Shown: positions 61,309 to 64,000 of the stretch, one piece after another | Layout of the letters: each line of letters opens with the position of its first letter | How positions within the stretch are numbered: the first letter of the stretch is position 1 | Source of the DNA: an uncultured Acidobacteriota bacterium | GTDB lineage: Bacteria > Acidobacteriota > JAQAZP01 | Length of the DNA stretch: 64,000 nucleotides | Direction of reading: 5' to 3' | Assembly: GCA_963836075.1 (NCBI GenBank) | Contig: CAWIIB010000009.1 | Location: forward strand, 832,001 to 896,000 | Made by a program: the position numbers and the translations under genes | Notes under the pieces: generated by a model | Databases searched by the model: none | Seen by the model: the letters and a program-made list of their open reading frames with translations, nothing else | What the model was told of the DNA's origin: nothing

Positions 61309-61662
61309 TTACTCGATTGTGCCGCCGGGGTTCATGTCGCAGTGTCCCTGGAAGACCGCGCCGTCGGCGATCTTCAGGCTGGGCGTCACCAGCGAGCTGG
61401 TGACCACGCCGCCGGTGAAGATCTCCACGCCGTCGGTCACCTTGATGCTGCCCGCCGCCTTGCCGCTGACCGAGACCGAGGTGGCCTCGATCTCGGCGTC
61501 CACCTCGGCGGTGGGCCCCACCACCACTTCGCCGCCGGCAGTGATTTTGCCCTTGACCCTGCCGTCGATACGCAACGACCCCTTGACGGTGATCTCGCCG
61601 TCGAGGACCGTTTCCCCGTCCAGGTATGCGTTGATCTCGCCAGCCGATTTCGTTTTCGCCAT
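61309..61662 (-). CDS. Bactofilin (polymer-forming cytoskeletal protein)
   Basis: G.I...GSLRIDG.V.G.I...V.VG..A.V...I.A..V.VSG...G.I...GAVFQG.C.M. Confidence 0.9.
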   Translation of the reverse strand: MAKTKSAGEINAYLDGETVLDGEITVKGSLRIDGRVKGKITAGGEVVVGPTAEVDAEIEATSVSVSGKAAGSIKVTDGVEIFTGGVVTSSLVTPSLKIADGAVFQGHCDMNPGGTIE

Positions 61663-61684
61663 CGCCCCCACCACCCGGGAAGGT

Positions 61685-62545
61685 TTAGCCCTTTGACCGG
61701 ATCAGTATCTGGTAGATTCTATCCAATTCCTCGGCGGAGAAGAAGTGAATTTCGATCTTCCCCCGCTGGCCGCTGCCCACGATGCGCACCTTGGTCCGTA
61801 ACCGCTGGGTCATCTCCTCTTCCGCCGCCCGCACGTTGGGGTCCTTTTTAGGCTGCTCCTTTTGCTGGCGCGGCTTCTTGCGGGCGCCGCCCTGTCCGGC
61901 GGCCTCCTCCACGCTGCGCACCGAGAGCCCCTCGGCGATGATCCGCCTGCAGAGATCGACCCGTGCCCGCTCCCCGGCAACCGCCAGCAGGGCACGGCCA
62001 TGCCCCATACTGATCTCACCGTCGCGCAGGTGCTTCTTCACCGCCTCGGGCAGCTTGAGCAGCCGCAGCATGTTGGCCACCGTGGCCCGCTCCTTGCCCA
62101 CCCGGTTGGCCACCTGCTCCTGGTTGAGACCAAACTTTCTGATCAGCAGCTGGTAGGCCTCGGCTTCCTCCACCGGGTTCAGTTCCTCCCGCTGGATGTT
62201 TTCCACCAGGGCCAGTTCCGCCGCCTTCTCGTCCGTGAGATCCCGGATCATCACCGGCACCTGCTTGAGGCCGGCCTCCCTGGCCGCCTCCAGACGCCGC
62301 TCACCGGCCACCAGCTCCAGCCCGCCGGCAACGCGCCTGACCAGCAGGGGGTTGATGATCCCATCCTGGCGGATCGAATCGGCCAGCTGGGAGATCTTGG
62401 TCTTGTCGATTTTACGGCGTGGCTGGAACCGGCCGGGACGGATGGCATCCACCCTGGCCATCTGGATTTCCTTGCCCGCCGGCGGCGCGGGGGGAGGGTC
62501 GGGAATCAGAGCGGTGAGCCCCTTACCCAGTGCTTTCCGTTTCAT
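61685..62545 (-). CDS. parB: Chromosome partitioning protein ParB
   Basis: KRKALGKGLTALI, QPR, LVAGERR, ALVENIQRE.LNP.EEA. Confidence 0.96.
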   Translation of the reverse strand: MKRKALGKGLTALIPDPPPAPPAGKEIQMARVDAIRPGRFQPRRKIDKTKISQLADSIRQDGIINPLLVRRVAGGLELVAGERRLEAAREAGLKQVPVMIRDLTDEKAAELALVENIQREELNPVEEAEAYQLLIRKFGLNQEQVANRVGKERATVANMLRLLKLPEAVKKHLRDGEISMGHGRALLAVAGERARVDLCRRIIAEGLSVRSVEEAAGQGGARKKPRQQKEQPKKDPNVRAAEEEMTQRLRTKVRIVGSGQRGKIEIHFFSAEELDRIYQILIRSKG

Positions 62546-63305
62546 TTTCAATCACTTCCCTGGCCAGGTCCAGGTAGGCCTGGGCCCCCTTGGACCGGAT
62601 GTCGTAGAGCAGGATCGGTTTGCCGAAGCTGGGCGCCTCACCGAGCCTGACGTTACGGGGGATCTCCGTGCGGAAGACCTTTTCACCAAAGTACTCCCTG
62701 ATCTCGCTGGTGACCTGGCGGGTGAGCAGGGTCCGTTCGTCGAGCATGGTGAGCAGGATGCCTTCGGTGTCGAGAGCGGGATTGAGAGAGGCGCGGATGC
62801 GGCCCAGGGTCCGGGTCAGCTCGGTGAGCCCCTCCATGGCGAAATACTCACACTGGATGGGGATCAGCACGCTGTCCGCCGCGGTGAGCGCGTTCACCGT
62901 GAGCAGGCCCAGGGAGGGAGGGCAGTCGATGAAGACATACTGGTAGTCGGCAGCCAGGTCGCGCAACGCCTCGCGCAGCCGGTACTCCCGCTGCTCCATG
63001 TTCACCAGCTCCGGCTCGGCCCCGGCCAGGTCGTTGCCCGAGGGGATCACGTCAAGAAAGCCCAGCTCGGTGGGCAACACCACCTCCCGGGGGTCAAGGC
63101 CCTCGATGAGCACGTGGTAGATGTGCCGGCGGCGGCTCTCCTCGCCGGTCTTGAAGCCGAGACCGCCGGTTGTGTTCCCCTGGGGGTCGAGATCCACCAG
63201 CAACACCCGCCTCTCGGCCACGGCCAGGGAGGCGGCGAGATTGATCCCGGTGGTGGTCTTCCCCACACCGCCCTTTTGATTGGTGATGGCGACGATTTTG
63301 CCCAT
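62523..63305 (-). CDS. parA: Chromosome partitioning ATPase ParA/Soj
   Basis: NQKGGVGKTTT, DLDPQGN, IDCPPSLG, PRNVRL.EAPS. Confidence 0.96.
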   Translation of the reverse strand: MGKIVAITNQKGGVGKTTTGINLAASLAVAERRVLLVDLDPQGNTTGGLGFKTGEESRRRHIYHVLIEGLDPREVVLPTELGFLDVIPSGNDLAGAEPELVNMEQREYRLREALRDLAADYQYVFIDCPPSLGLLTVNALTAADSVLIPIQCEYFAMEGLTELTRTLGRIRASLNPALDTEGILLTMLDERTLLTRQVTSEIREYFGEKVFRTEIPRNVRLGEAPSFGKPILLYDIRSKGAQAYLDLAREVIENETESTG

Positions 63306-63413
63306 TTGACCCCGAAAAGAAGACGGAAAAGTCCCTGGAAAGGCTGGCCAAGGCTGAATAATAGCATGGAGTTCGATTTGAAGGGAAGAGATTTGGCCGT
63401 GTCCGCCCGAAAA

Positions 63414-63429
63414 CGTTCCACGTGGAACG
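63414..63429. promoter_or_regulatory. parS site 1
   Basis: CGTTCCACGTGGAACG, perfect palindrome matching the parS consensus, upstream of parA. Confidence 0.9.
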
Positions 63430-63451
63430 GCAGCCGCGGGGCTGGGCCCAT

Positions 63452-63467
63452 TGTTCCACGTGGAACG
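63452..63467. promoter_or_regulatory. parS site 2
   Basis: TGTTCCACGTGGAACG. Confidence 0.9.
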
Positions 63468-63505
63468 GCGGCGTGAAGCAACAAAAACGGTTGAAAACAG
63501 GCCGG

Positions 63506-64000
63506 TTAGTCGCTTCGTTCAAACCGGGCCACCCGGCTGGCCGGGCGCCAGGGGAGGGAAACCTCCTCTTTCAGCCGAAAGTGGGAACCAGACCCCGCCT
63601 CCCGCACGCCGTCAGCGCTGAGAAAGAGGACCAGCCGGTCGGTCCCGGGCATGGATTTCCCCACCACCTCGGTGATTTTGGCCGGTTTCATGGCCGCGCG
63701 GGAGACCACGGTGGGCCAGGCTTCTGCGTTCGCGGGATCGCGGAGCATCTCCTCCAGTCGAAGGCGCTCCACCCTGGCGTTGGGCAGCTCAAGGGCACGG
63801 ATCGCTTCACCGATAAAGACGCTCTTCCGCCGGTCCGGCTCGAGCATCGAGACCTCCAGCCCCTCCCGGGCCGCAGCCAGGGCGATTCCCGGCGCGCCGG
63901 CGCCGGAGCCCACGTCGAGCAGCGGCTGCCCTGCCGGCAGCTGGAGGAAACGCAGGGCCAGCAACGGTTCGATGGCCATCTTCAGCGTCATCAGCCGGTC
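63506..64000 (-). CDS. rsmG: 16S rRNA m7G527 methyltransferase (5' end outside window)
   Basis: LLDVGSGAGAPGI.LA, E....K..F, VVSRA; conserved position before parA. Confidence 0.85.
   Translation of the reverse strand, partial: DRLMTLKMAIEPLLALRFLQLPAGQPLLDVGSGAGAPGIALAAAREGLEVSMLEPDRRKSVFIGEAIRALELPNARVERLRLEEMLRDPANAEAWPTVVSRAAMKPAKITEVVGKSMPGTDRLVLFLSADGVREAGSGSHFRLKEEVSLPWRPASRVARFERSD

Overview
High-GC bacterial chromosomal window, probably close to the replication origin. It carries rsmG-parA-parB-bactofilin with two parS palindromes and a split F1F0 operon (atpF'FHAGDC without atpB/atpE). Gene content fits an anaerobic Acidobacteriota- or Desulfobacterota-like organism, but taxonomy cannot be fixed from the sequence alone. 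Recognisable modules are a sigma54-driven Orange-protein (ORP)-type cluster, a selenocysteine-containing selD (in-frame TGA plus SECIS, missed by the ORF track), mannose pathway genes, uppP, an active/inactive Deg protease pair, and a VapBC/HigBA/Fic cluster. Two patterns are not explained by ordinary annotation. (1) Ten predicted secreted proteins join unrelated N-terminal cargo (S41 and S8 proteases, parallel beta-helices, VCBS propellers) to one of two conserved, apparently interchangeable C-terminal modules. One is a fixed five-Ca-loop FG-GAP-like propeller; the other is a ~120-aa domain I do not recognise, ending DVTPxPYNQPPY...CTVTGVAP. This is a candidate lineage-specific secretion or docking system. 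(2) Integrase-free cargo genes are flanked by a displaced, decaying copy of the 3' end of the neighbouring gene (atpC, a DUF2284 gene, and probably a sigma54 activator), suggesting a recurring gene-capture mechanism. REP-like GG[GT]GAC[AT]GTC[AC]CC elements are scattered through intergenic regions. No rRNA, tRNA, CRISPR array, integrase or transposase was seen. Family assignments come from motif recognition by eye, not database searches.
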